A stretch of 64,000 nucleotides of DNA from Basidiobolus meristosporus CBS 931.73 (lineage: Eukaryota > Fungi > Basidiobolomycota): NCBI GenBank assembly GCA_002104905.1, contig MCFE01000069.1, forward strand, positions 1 to 64,000. The letters run 5' to 3'. The position numbers and the translations under genes are program-made. Below, piece after piece: positions 38,732 to 51,215 of this stretch (position 1 is its first letter; every line of letters begins with the position of its first letter). The notes beneath the pieces were generated by a model. That model did not search any database, had not been told where the DNA came from, and was given only the letters and a program-made list of their open reading frames with translations.

Positions 38732-40191
38732 ACCTTATGATTATCCCTTCTCAATGTGATTGCTCTGTGAAATCAAAGCATTAATAAATTCGTTCAAGAG
38801 CAAAATTCAGGACTGACCATGAGGGGTGCTATTTGTTGTGATGAATGATATTAATGCTTTTCTTTTGGCGAGAGGGACTGCAATTGGAAATGCTTATTTC
38901 TTACTAGCAAGCAAGGCTATAGGCACTACCTCTTCCAAAAACCTCAAAGTCGGGATTTCATATCTTTCTGCTGGTACTTCTTCCTCTTTCTGACCCCCTT
39001 AATGTTGAAACAACAGGTATTGTATCTAATTACTACATACTGTGTTTCCACACTTGGTTAAATGGCTGGAAATTTATCTGGCCTTGAAATCCCTTTCATA
39101 TGATATCTTCCTATTACAATAGAATTGTTGAATCAAGGAAAATGGAGATTTTTGTTGTTTAAATGCCTCCAACCAATGCACTCAACTTTCCATAACCTTC
39201 CTCAGCATTTCAATAATATGGTGCTATGGAGTTCAGCCAAAGTGTAATTATTCTATTCTGCTGACAGATCTGCGCGTGAATATATGATAATCGCCAAATC
39301 ATACATGTTGCTAGCCTTTCGTGATTGAGTGCTAGCTAATTTTATACCACAAACTCTGTAACACCGAAAATATTCTGATTTTTGGAAAATCCTCCTGAGG
39401 TCCCAAGATTTGGTTATAGCGTATAGTGCCGAGATGTGTGCTTACCCCTAGCATTGGCGCAAGCATTATCAGGGTCTGAAGGTATGTTTGGCTGTGAAGT
39501 GGCGCTATTGAGGCTGCACAAAGGATAGATTGCTAACCTAGTTGTCAACCTTTCCGATCCTAGTGCATTCATAATCTTGGCTCGGTTCTGATATGGTATG
39601 CAGTCGTTTATTGAGATGTATATTGAGAATGAAATATAACCCATGTAACTTGGTAGGTTATTGACCTAATTTGCGCTCCAATTTGATTGCATCGCTGGGT
39701 TTCAAAATGCACTCTACTGAACATGTAAACATCGTCAGTATTGAAATATCCACGACTAACCTAACGAGGTTGTGTAGGGCTGGTATTGAGTCCTGAATTG
39801 ACGAATTACCAATCATTGCCATCTTTTGCGCATATTGGGGCATATAGGAGAATTGGAAGAGTTGGAAAAACAAGATGGCTGACTAATTCATCAACTATTA
39901 ATGTCGCAAACAAATTTATATCTCACTCAACCACGACAACCCAGTTTCGGAACATGCAGCAGAAAATCTGGCAATTTCAGAATTCGCACCGACCAATGCT
40001 AACCAGTACCGAGGTGACTGCTTCTACTTTTTGAGATATTTAGAAGATTATATCTACATGACTCAATGTGATATCTGGCTTGCGTAATTGACTCGTGGGA
40101 ATCTTTGCTGGATACCCAACAGCCATTACTGCTTAAGTTGGGCCACTATGTCTAGTTGGTGCATCCTATCCATCACTGTCCACACTGAATC

Positions 40192-40884
40192 ATGCCCTCC
40201 TACACGCTCTATTCGCTTAACAAGAATTACTCCTCCTGGAGTATTCGTGCTTTACTTGCTGCCCGTTACGTGAACCTCCCAATGGAGGTTTGCATGTTCT
40301 ATATGGATGAGCCAGGCTTCAAACAAGAAATCCAGAAAGTCAGTCCATCCTCAAAAGTGCCCGCTCTGAAGGTTACCGAGGATTCCGGGCACTCTTACAT
40401 CATTTGGGATTCGTTTGCTATTCTTGAATATCTAGCCGAGCTATACCCCGAGCTATACCCTAGGGATGTTGAGTCAAGAGCATTCGCACGCTCCGTATCC
40501 GCTGAAATGCATTCCGGTTTTACTAAAGTCCGTGAAGTGATGCCACATAATATCCGTGCACGTAAGCAGCTCTCATCCGAGACCCTGAATGATCCAACCT
40601 TGCAGAATGAAATTCGTAGGATCGAGAAGATATGGGAGGAATGCAGATTGAGGACCTTGAAGAACAGCTCCGACGAGGATGAGGGCTTCTTGTTTGGGAA
40701 GTTCACTGTTGCTGACGCCATGTACATTCCGATCTGCAATCGATTCCGTACCTACAACATCCCCATCGAAAATGAACACGCCAAGAAATACATGGAGACT
40801 GTGTTCAACTGGTCATTATGCAAGGAATTAGAACAGGAATCTAAAGACGAGGGACACACGATTGCGGCTTATGAGAATATTTAG
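40192..40884 (+). CDS. Glutathione S-transferase, copy 2 (tandem paralogue); intronless
   Basis: Same length (230 aa) and motifs as copy 1, with long near-identical nucleotide blocks. Confidence 0.92.
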   Translation: MPSYTLYSLNKNYSSWSIRALLAARYVNLPMEVCMFYMDEPGFKQEIQKVSPSSKVPALKVTEDSGHSYIIWDSFAILEYLAELYPELYPRDVESRAFARSVSAEMHSGFTKVREVMPHNIRARKQLSSETLNDPTLQNEIRRIEKIWEECRLRTLKNSSDEDEGFLFGKFTVADAMYIPICNRFRTYNIPIENEHAKKYMETVFNWSLCKELEQESKDEGHTIAAYENI

Positions 40885-42414
40885 TTCTCCACAGTGTCTG
40901 ACTGTCTGGTTGATCAACACATGATAATAAATAAAGATAAAGCCTCTTTAAAAATAATCTATAATCGGGGTGACGACAAGCTTCTTCCATTGAACAGGTG
41001 ATTGCCCTGTGGAGTTTTCTATACGATAGGTCTAACGCCGCACCTGAGATGCGCCACTTGGAGGGTGAGCTCGCCATATTTTTACAGGAGTCTAATGCCG
41101 ATGAAAAGATCAAAGGTGGTACTCTTAGGCACTCCTTTGCTCATTGGACAACTTTGTTTCTTGGAGGTTTCCTCTCATGGATTGGCGGTAGACGGTAGGG
41201 CCGTCTACGTAACTGACAGATGAGGAGTGTTTGCTTTGTACGAGGAACAGGGGTGAGCAGGTTCTATCCATTTGAAGTATTCAAGGCACATTCATATTCC
41301 TTAATCTGGTTGGTGAAAGGGAGTGGTGGGACAATTGACAGATGAAACGGTAGGGTGGAGGCAAGTATTATGGCTTCTTCATTGTTCATATTAGCTCATG
41401 CTTACATATTCCAATTACTTGGTATTCATCTGTTCTCATTGAATTTCCACCTCAGGTTAGTTGTTTGCTAAATCGCGGATGCTGTGCTGAGCCTGCTATA
41501 ATAGCTGAGTGCAGAGCGCTATTGAGACTTGATTTATTGAAAGTATCTAATTCATCTTATGGCCCACATTGATGTTGTACACTTTAGAACAAGCAAATCC
41601 CTATGTTGCTAAGTGTAAGTACATCTATGCTGATATAAGCGAGGTAGACAAACATTTCCACTGTTGAGATGGGTGCGTCAGTTACATTAGTCAATGAAGC
41701 TGGATATCTGTAGAGTGGGGTATAGAAAAATGTCTAGTGGATGCTACTTTATAGTTTTGCTAGCAGATGAAATTCTCGACTGATTGTACCAAAATCCACA
41801 ATAATGCTTATTTGTTAAACCCTTTAAAAGGTTATTGGAGGTCTTTGCAGGCTTTAAAGCAGTTTTGCTGAGTTAATAGAATAGTGATAGATGGATTGGC
41901 GAGCATTATTACTAGTGAGTTTCGATAATTAAATGCCAAGGCTGTCAATGAAGTGTTGACACAATATAGATATATAGCAGTTTCAAGGAATTTTACAACC
42001 TGGTTACTCCACAATAGCGGACAAGGCCTACTTTTGGAGTAGTCATAATACTGCATATCAATACAGGTTTGAATTGGTGGCCGTTACCGACCCTTTACAA
42101 GGCTTGAGTAACTTAGTCCCCAGACTTGTTTGAAGAAAATTTATGCAATTCAAACTTATACCTTGAAAAGTTTGTCCTGAGCTTGATCCTTGGTGCGGCA
42201 TCGCACGGTTGGGCTCTAACAGATATACAGTCTTGATTTTATCTAATCCCTATTATCATTCCCGATGATATGATGGATCATCCTATCTTTACAGGTCAAC
42301 TCTCAGTATCACAATCAAAAGATTATTTTTTTTGCGAATCCAGTTTTGAAAACATGGCATTTTATTAGACTTAAATTCAACATCGCCATGTAGTAAATAC
42401 TGTGAAAGTGAACC

Positions 42415-44431
42415 ATGGAGGAGGACAACACGGACGTAGGCAACGTCCCAGCGACAGCAGAGAACGTGTCTTCGTTGATAAACGTTACCGAATTCAAGCA
42501 GCACGCTAGTGAGATATTTCAAACACAATTCCCCGACCCGTTTGATAAAGTGGTTAGCAACAGCGAGGTAGAACAAGAGTTGGCCAGCGCATGTAATGTA
42601 GATGAGCAGTTGAAATACTCGACACAATTCTTTGCAGATCCCACCTTATTTTCTCTATTACGACAACACCATGAAAAGCTTCTCGCTAATAATTACGCCA
42701 CAAATACTCCACTCTCTACTCTGTTTGATCAGAAAAGTAAAGCTTCAAACCAATCTTTCAAGGATCAACCTGGAAGTGACCAAAACAAATCTAGGAAAAC
42801 AGTAAGTGCATAGATCCATTAGTATGCCTCTCCTCAAGTATAGCTAGGAACAATCGAGTAAAGGTTCCCTCTGTAGACTAGATTTAGCTCACCTCACTCA
42901 AGCCGGGAAGTCCGAAGTGCCTCGAATGCATCCACCGTCACTAAGAATTCAGACACAAGTGAGCGAGCAGATCCAGAGCAAGTGTGTGTCATTCGATTGC
43001 GCTTTATCTGTGATATCTTATTAAGTGTTGTTAGAGTGAAACCCAGGGTTCTAGTGTCGGCTCTTTCCTTCCAGGAGATACTTCTTCTGATGAAGATTCG
43101 CTCAGTCAGACGAATTCAACCCCTCACAGTTCCAACAATTCAGGACTTCACTTGCCAGCTAGCTTGATGCTTCCCCCATCGTCATCGCAGATTTCCTCCA
43201 CTACATCCCATTCTTCAAACGGAGACAGCGATACGGATCAACGAGACGACTCACCAGCACCTCCGCCCTCCACTCCTATGGAGGTGAAACTTAGAAGTAT
43301 GGCGATTATGTTGGAGAAATCTACGTTGGCAACTCTAAAGTATGAAAACTGTGCTTGCAATCTGCGTAAACTTGCTGTGGATTAACGATTTCTTGGTAGG
43401 GAGGCCAATCGTGTTACTATTCCTCCAAAAAAGCGCTCGGAGGTGAATTTTCTCGCTGGAACCAACGTAAGCATTTATATACAACCGACCCTTCATGTAG
43501 ACATACTAATCTATACTCATATCTATAGAAAAAGGAGCATATGGCGGTTGATCTCATCACGGATACCGAGGTCGTTCTATCCGTTGCATTCTACCACAAA
43601 AACAAAGCTACAACAAGAATGCAGGAGTTCTTAGTGTTAAGCAGCCAGCCGTTGACGGTCTTGAGGGATGCGTTTTACTGTCTGTCCGACTTCTTGACCG
43701 TCGAGAATGATGAGGAGGTAGTGAACACACAGTCGAAAAAGGTGTCCTCATCGTATTTCCTCATTGAAAACACGTTTTACAACGACATGAGATCTGCATC
43801 AGCAGTGGATTATAGCAAGTAAGCTTGGTGTCACTTTCGCATGCAAAATAGAGCCATTGTTGTGGAGAAACACTAACAACTCGATGTAACAGAGTAATCC
43901 TGGATTGGGTCGAGGAGAATGAGCGCTATCAGCAGCCTGGTCAAGCGAAATACAAGAAGCGTGTTATGGGGGAAGTCAAGTTCTCTGATCTGTCCATTCG
44001 TATCAACCAGCCGTACCTTTTCACTCACCAGGGAGATTGCCAGCACATTTTCAAGTTCAGAGATATACGGTACCGCATTTTTCCCGACACTAGCCCTCAG
44101 AATTGTTCTAACAGATTTTGCTAGCTTACTGACCAAGTCAGATGATCGCAACCGAAATGCATATCCCAAGCCCATCTTCCAATGCAAGATCACCCGCCAT
44201 AAGTGTAGAATGTGCTATATGTATCCAGCCGAGTGAGAATAGATTCCATTTTTCTATATACCTCCAGGAGATTCTAACCAATTATTTCTACGAAGGTACG
44301 TAACCATCAACGACTTCCACAGTGGAGAGACGCCGTGCTACTTCTGCGAGCATTGTTACGAGCCGTTCCATTACGATAGCCAAGGGCGATTGCTGTATGA
44401 ATATCAAGTTTTCCCATATGCTCATGACTAA
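42415..44431 (+). CDS. SNAPC3: snRNA-activating protein complex subunit 3 (SNAP50), multi-exon
   Basis: QEFLVLSSQPLTVLRDAFYC, SSYFLIENTFYNDMR, IRINQPYLFTHQGDCQH, and the Zn finger CRMC..TPCYFCEHCYEPFHY. Confidence 0.88.
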
Positions 44432-44738
44432 GCTACCCTGCTTGTATTAACCAGAACCTCAATAACATGTACAATAATCTACTTTACTACTATCAACCTA
44501 TAGAAGTCGTCTATGATTACGGCTCCGAATGTTTCAATCGGATATTCTTGGCTATCTGTATTGCAAATTACACTTTGTCAAGAAAGAACGGAGCGCATCA
44601 CAGGAACTCAGAATAAAGTCTAGCATGGACCAACCACAACACATCGAAAAGTGAGGTCTAATACATAAGCATAGCTGAGCATTTAATACGATAGATTAAG
44701 TAGGAAACTCACAAGAATGTACAATGATAAAGAGTCAA

Positions 44739-45476
44739 TTATATATCACCAGCCTCATATTTTTTACCAATGCTGGCTAAAACGTTAGCCAAGCTATCGG
44801 GCATTGAAAGCGAGGGCACGTGGCCTGCCTTCAAGGTGAATATTTCGTCGCATGGTGTTCTGGTGTACATTAGCTTTTGCACCACGGGCGAGATACAGCG
44901 ATCCTCCGAGCACGAGATATACACTTTCCGCAATTTCCCGAACCTTTCTTTCGACAGTTTGACAGTTTCAGTTATCACTTTGAATGCCTGAGGGCGGCAT
45001 CTGGCAACGCCCCATTGAACAGTGTCTTGGGTGCAGTCGTTGAGAAACAATTCTTCAATGGCGTCAGCCCTGGTACGACACATGTGCTCATTTACAAACT
45101 CGATTGAATGTTTGAGTGCCCCTTCGGTGTCGAGCTGGACAAGTTCCATGGCACATTGGCCATTCATCGGTAGGAAAGCTGTGAGGTATACCAACGCCTG
45201 GATACGGTCTGGGATTAGCTCTCCAACCTCCGAGATCACCATCCCTCCAAGGCTATGGCCTACCAAGAATACGGGTTGCGGTAAATCTCGGACGACATCG
45301 ACTGTGCGTTCCACGTAAGAAGAGAGGCTGATCTGATCCAAGCCACACGTATTCTCATACGAACCAGGCAGATCAAAGGCGATTGCTTGGTGCCCCATGG
45401 ACTCCAAGTATGGAATTAATTTGTCCCATACCCAGCGGCCCATTTCAGCACCGTGAACCAAAACAAAAATACCCAT
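44739..45476 (-). CDS. Alpha/beta hydrolase, methylesterase (SABP2/MES/EstC-like); intronless
   Basis: FVLVHGA..GRWVW, nucleophile GHSLGG, acid EDRCI and AGHVPSLS. Confidence 0.9.
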   Translation of the reverse strand: MGIFVLVHGAEMGRWVWDKLIPYLESMGHQAIAFDLPGSYENTCGLDQISLSSYVERTVDVVRDLPQPVFLVGHSLGGMVISEVGELIPDRIQALVYLTAFLPMNGQCAMELVQLDTEGALKHSIEFVNEHMCRTRADAIEELFLNDCTQDTVQWGVARCRPQAFKVITETVKLSKERFGKLRKVYISCSEDRCISPVVQKLMYTRTPCDEIFTLKAGHVPSLSMPDSLANVLASIGKKYEAGDI

Positions 45477-46431
45477 TGATGCGTTGTAGGTTCGTCAGTG
45501 AATGCGATGAATGAAAGCAAGGGTTGTTAAGTGCTTTCGAAGAAAGAGGCGATATGTTGGCCATACAGCCACATTTGGGATTATATATATATGGCCGTAG
45601 GCCAAGGCCAGATGGCTCATTTCAAACTTCTCACGCGTATGCGCACCATCAGCTGACTCGGGGTGCTAATTTGTGACAATTGGTACAACAGCGAGTTCAG
45701 CCATCCATGTTCCAGCAGGATTACGGAATTGGCCTGGTGGCTACGAGCAACCCTAATCACCTTAGATCCTAACCAACCTGGTAATATCCGAAACCAAATC
45801 ATTGGTTTCTGGTTGAACTAGAAACACTGCTAACATCGATCCATTGCCAGCACAAAGGAATCGGATATCCTCTGGAACTCAAGAATTTCGGGGATATGGA
45901 AGATTTGGAACCGGTGAGGCGCAAATTGCTGGAGTGCATGGGCATGTGTGTTTCTGTCGTGGCTGCGAATTGTTTCTTGTCGTTAGGGTGACAAGGCACC
46001 GCAGACTGGGTGTCTGAAGTGGCAGCCAGCTCCACCGTATTGATAAAGTAATCCCTGCTAAACTTAATTCCAGTCACCAGTCCGTTCCTAGATTGGGAAA
46101 TCAGCACCCAGTCGCATGTATAGGACGTATGAGGTCTGAATTACGCGATCTACTTCCTCACCTCACCATTATCAACTGATGGATGCATTTATCCCCCTCA
46201 ATCTCCTGCAACGATGTCCCACAGTTTCCAAATTCATCAATAACAATCGTCATTTCATCAACGTCACGGATCGAAATTAATTGACTTATCGAGTTACTTT
46301 TAAACTTCTTTCAGCTACGGTTTCTCCTCTAACGTCCTTACTTATCCCCTCCATCACTATCCACTTTGTTCGGACCAGCTTCAACGTATAGAAACCTCTG
46401 GAAAACCACGCCACTTAGACTAAAACTTGAA

Positions 46432-46499
46432 GTATGTCCTGGCCACACGATACATATATAGATATCCGGGGTCTAACCGCTTTGTCCTTTCCGCAATAG
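46432..46499 (+). other. Probable 5'-UTR intron of the PP2C gene
   Basis: GTATGT donor, CTAAC branch, pyrimidine tract and TAG acceptor 15 nt before the ATG. Confidence 0.55.
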
Positions 46500-46514
46500 T
46501 CGAACCACTAAGCA

Positions 46515-47958
46515 ATGGGTCAAACTTTATCTGAACCTGTCACAGGCAAGGAGACCGACAAAGGCAGAAACTCCAGGCTAATCTACGGAGCCTCCAGCAT
46601 GCAGGGTTGGCGTATATGTATCCTTCGGTTGAATGGCCAGTGCAGTCATCTATTCTTTCCTTTGTTTCTATTCCTTAATTGCGCAAAACCTCTTGCCAAT
46701 TTACCAAACAAGCTATGGAAGATGCGCATTCCTGTCTTCTTAGTCTCCGAGATCACCCCGAAACAAGCTTCTTCGGTGTTTACGATGGACACGGTGGTAA
46801 GTCCTCTGCGCTATTCGGTGAACTTCCAGTCACTCACTAATGTGTCCCCTCTAACAGGACAAAGTGCCGCAAAGTACTGTGGGAAGAATTTGCACAATAA
46901 GATTGCTGAGGGAAGCTTTCAGAATGGTGACTACAAGGTTGCGATCAAACACGGGTACCTTGATATCGACGAAGACCTAAAGAAAGGTAGGTGCTGTTCA
47001 ACCAGTGCTTTGTAGATATTCATGCTGAATTGATGTGCGGGATTTCTGTAGATGCAGGATTTCTACACGATCCATCCGGTTGCACAGCAGTAACGGCTAC
47101 CATTACGCCGGAGAACAAAATCTTTGTGGTTGGTGAATCTCTGGATCTGTAACCTGACATGATGTATCAGCATAAGGATGGCTAACAGGCTTTCCACTCT
47201 AATAGGGTAATGCAGGTGATTCTCGCGCTGTCATGAGTATTGCCGGGAAGGCCAAACCTTTATCATTTGATCACAAGCCTACTAACCATGGTAAGTCTCG
47301 AGCCGCCATCTCAGTTTGAGATTTACTAACACACTAGCTTAGCTGAGACGGTGCGAATCGCAAACGCTGGCGGGTTTGTGGAATTTGGCCGTGTCAACGG
47401 GAACCTGGCTTTGTCAAGAGCCATTGGGGACTTTGAATTCAAACAGAACAGCAAATTGTCTGCAGAAGATCAAGCTGTCACAGGTTAGTTAGGCCAAGTT
47501 GTTGCTTATTGGAGTAGCTTTTGACGGCCAGTTTAGCAAATCCCGACGTGACTGAGCACGTGATTACCACGGAAGATGAGTTTGTTGTGCTTGCATGCGA
47601 CGGGATCTGGGATTGTATGACCTCGCAAGAAGTGGTTGATTTTGTTCGTGCCGAAATCGCCGCTCAGAATTCACTGGACCAGATCTGTGAGAAGTTGATG
47701 ACCCATTGTCTTGCGCCCAATTGCGAGCTTGGTGGCATTGGTTGTGATAATATGACTATTGTGATTATAGGGATACTTCATGGAAGATCCGAAGAAGAAT
47801 GGTATCAATGGATTGCGCAGCGAGCGGCTGCTAGCTCCACAACGCCAGGCTGTCAACCACCCAATGACTCCACACTGCCAACGGAGGCCTCAGCAGAGCT
47901 TCCTAGCCCGGTTGACGCGGAGCAAACACAACAGCTCAATGCGGAGCCGCCTCTTTAA
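46515..47958 (+). CDS. PTC2: PP2C phosphatase, Ptc2/Ptc3 family, multi-exon
   Basis: [74 protein letters not shown]. Confidence 0.93.
46618..46712 (+). other. U12-type (minor spliceosome) GT-AG intron
   Basis: 5' splice site GTATCCTT and branch-like TTCCTTAAT (46671-46679). Removal restores WRI-S-MEDAH. Confidence 0.8.
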
Positions 47959-49670
47959 ACCTCTTATATAAAGTGAATGCATCCTTAAAACTTAATTGAC
48001 TTTCCGTTGCCTCCTATGTTTAATATCGGCTTGACCAATCGTCCACACATAGGCTTTTTCAAATGCGCTGCACATGGTTTTGATATCATGTCCACAGGTT
48101 CCTAAGGTGGACCATTCTGGAATGCTGAATGGGTATTGTTTACCTGTTCATGGCTTGAAATAAATCCATTGGTTTCTTTGTATCATTCGTATGGGTTGAC
48201 TGTTGGTTTGTCGCACATTTCTGTATGTGCTTATACGTCAGCTACGATGCAGAAGAGTAAGCTATCATTCTCCCGAGAGTAAGGAATAACCATCTGGTGG
48301 AGCGGATAGTGGGAGAGCGTCCCCAGGTGGCATGGAGCAACCAAGAAAAGCTGAAATGACCCTTTCTTAATCTTCCATACCACCTGGAGGGGTGTTCATC
48401 TGAAATATCTTTACATTATGCGACCTTTGAATAGAACGACTGCCATCGAGATATATGGCAGCCATGACCAAAGTCGCAATCAAATAACCCCACGCGCTCC
48501 TCCAAAATCAATCACACCTATTCGAGATGAAAGTCAATTAATGTGAAGGAAGACGGGGAGCATGGAGTTGAACGTACATCACCCATTTGAAACGGATGCG
48601 TTACACGTGGATGGGTTACGAAATCCGATCCTTTCGGGCAGTCAAACTACAGTCCATGCGGTCAGCGGTTTTGGTCTTGGAGGGCTAAAATGAGGTTTCT
48701 TGCTTCGGGACATTTTGAAATAACCGGTTCGGTCTGTTTCACATGTTCACCTTTTGGGATGTAGCGTGTGAAAAGTCTCAAGCTGTTTCAAAGAAATCTG
48801 CCAGTCAAGTAGTGTTGGATGATGAAATGGTGTGGCCAGACACGTACAGAAAATATCCAGAAATGCCAGGCCATGTATTTATATGTATAGAATAAGGCCC
48901 TATGCTTTTCAACGCTAGTATTGATCGAGTCCAGTGCAAGGAGGCTGGTGATTGGGTGATGTCGGTTACATATATCGGCTGCATTCATTTATCATTGTAG
49001 AGCGTCCAAGATAAATCTCTCTTGAGATGTACCTGTTAATAGCCATGGAGGCCAGCCAATAAACGGTACATTAGACTTGTTTGCTATCCCGAAGCTTGCA
49101 TGCATTCCATAGACAGGTAGCTCAACGACCGGTATTGAGGCTACTGGTTTCTTATTGACGGATTACTCGGTTGCCTTTGGCTGCAAGATGATATGTTGGA
49201 ATTGAACAGCTGGACTATGCTTCTAGCACCAAGAAATCAATGCAGCATGTCCACCGGCGCAAATAGAGAAACCGAAAAATGAATCCTCGCGCAGGCAACA
49301 TATGCTGGCAAGGCTAATGAGAATCGACCATACATTGGCAGTAGGAAATGGTTCGATGAGGTATTCCTAGGTCATCCAGCATTAGTCAATATCCGGTCGG
49401 AATTCTTTTGGGGCCACAATATGTCAAAGTCAATGGATCGAGGGATCAGTCTATTCCAATAAATAAATAAGTAAATAAATAGATTAATGGCTGGTAACTC
49501 TGGCAGTGTGCTTCCAAAACATCACCTATATAAAGTACCATAGCCTCGATATGACCACAGTGTCAAAAGTACTTCTGAATTCCCCTAGTTCCATCCCTCT
49601 TCGATAGGATTACTCAAAGGCGTTGACACTCGACCAACCTACGCATAAACAATCCCTTCCGCAAATCAAG

Positions 49671-51215
49671 ATGAATGCTACTCTGGGTTTAAAGGCTTTA
49701 AACAAGGAGTTACTGACCCGTTTGATGACTACGCCTATGAACCGTGTCTCCGTAGGTGGTTTCAAGTCTTCAGTGGGCCGGATGGTTATCTAATCTTTGA
49801 ATACAGGCACTTCAGACGTACGCCATGGAACGTTTTTCGCCTGCAAGCTCGTTGTTAGTTTCCATGTTTTGCAGGTAACCGGGAAGAGTGTTTGGATCAG
49901 TATAGCCCCATCAAATGCTTAGCCATTTCCCCAGGGATGCTGCTGAAGAGTTGGATCGTGTAAAGATGCTGGCACCGATGGAGTTTCTTCAAACGGAGTT
50001 ACCTCTTCGGCTCTGCCAAAACGTCAAGCTACTAAACTCCCGTTTTCCTCTGGCATCAAACGACGGCCACCTGAATGCTAGAATCCGTCAAGTTACCTTC
50101 GATCTATTAGAAGATATCAGGTAATATGGATATTCTCTGCTTCGTCTGCAAGTTTGTCGATTACTAAAGATTGGTTTAACAAGTATACTTACCGACCTCC
50201 CTGCTGCCGCCAACGCACCTAATCCTGGACAACTGCTTGCCACACTCAAACTAGTACGAGCTCGGCAGAATCAGAACTACTTGTCATTACGGGATTGCTT
50301 GAGCGAGTCGATGCACAAGCAGCCATGGAAGTGCCCGAAGCAACAGTCCTCTACCTACGCTAAAGCGGATCAATTTTTAATGGATTATTTCTTGCTGAAC
50401 TATAGCAGCAACTTTCTAATTGGTAAGCAGACCAGACCTCGCATCCAGCGTGTGCATGTGATTTACATCATTTATAGAACAAGCACTTGGTCATTGTAGT
50501 GCATCGAAGTTGGCACTGCACGAAATATCACCGCGCCATGCTGCGGAGAGTGCTATACATACCGCCAGACTGTGGTGCCATCAATTTTACAAGTACATCG
50601 CCCTTCTTTAATCCCTTCAACATGGCAGATGAACTCATCATGATCTTTTTACCTAGCTGTGACCCACCGGAAGTAAATTTCCTCACTAGTGCCAGCGACA
50701 CACCCGTCATAGGATCTAATTATCACATCCAGGAGAGCTTGTTTCATGTTTTAAAACACTCGATCGGCTCCGTGGTTGAACACTCAAACGCCCTAGGCAT
50801 ATTAAACAGAGAAATGCCACCACTGGAGGTGCGTATGACCCAAGGCAACGAAGATATTTGCCTCAAAGTGAGTGATCTTGGTGGCGGTGTTCCTATGTCT
50901 CACATCCCTAGCATATGGAGCCAGCTCAGTATCTCGACCCAAGCTGAGCGATGCAAAGGGCTTTCCCTAACTCGACTAATCTCTCGGTACTTTGGTGGAG
51001 ATTTAGAAATCGTTTCAATGGAGGGTCATGGCACAGAATCATACTTGTACTTGGATAGAACAGGTACAATAGGCGAATGCATACCCTCTATTCAACTCTC
51101 GGACGATGAAATCGGTTCACTATTGGACAGATTATATTATGAGCAGGATCAAGAGGAGACCATCCACAGAAGTTCGGAGGAGACTTGCGCCGAAAGCATG
51201 GCCGTGACCGCATAA
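49671..51215 (+). CDS. Pyruvate/branched-chain ketoacid dehydrogenase kinase-like protein with a degenerate ATP site; multi-exon
   Basis: FLQTELPLRL, KVSDLGGGVP, GLSLTRLISRYFGGDLEIVSMEGHGTESYLYL. The N-box reads LFHVLKHS. Confidence 0.8.
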
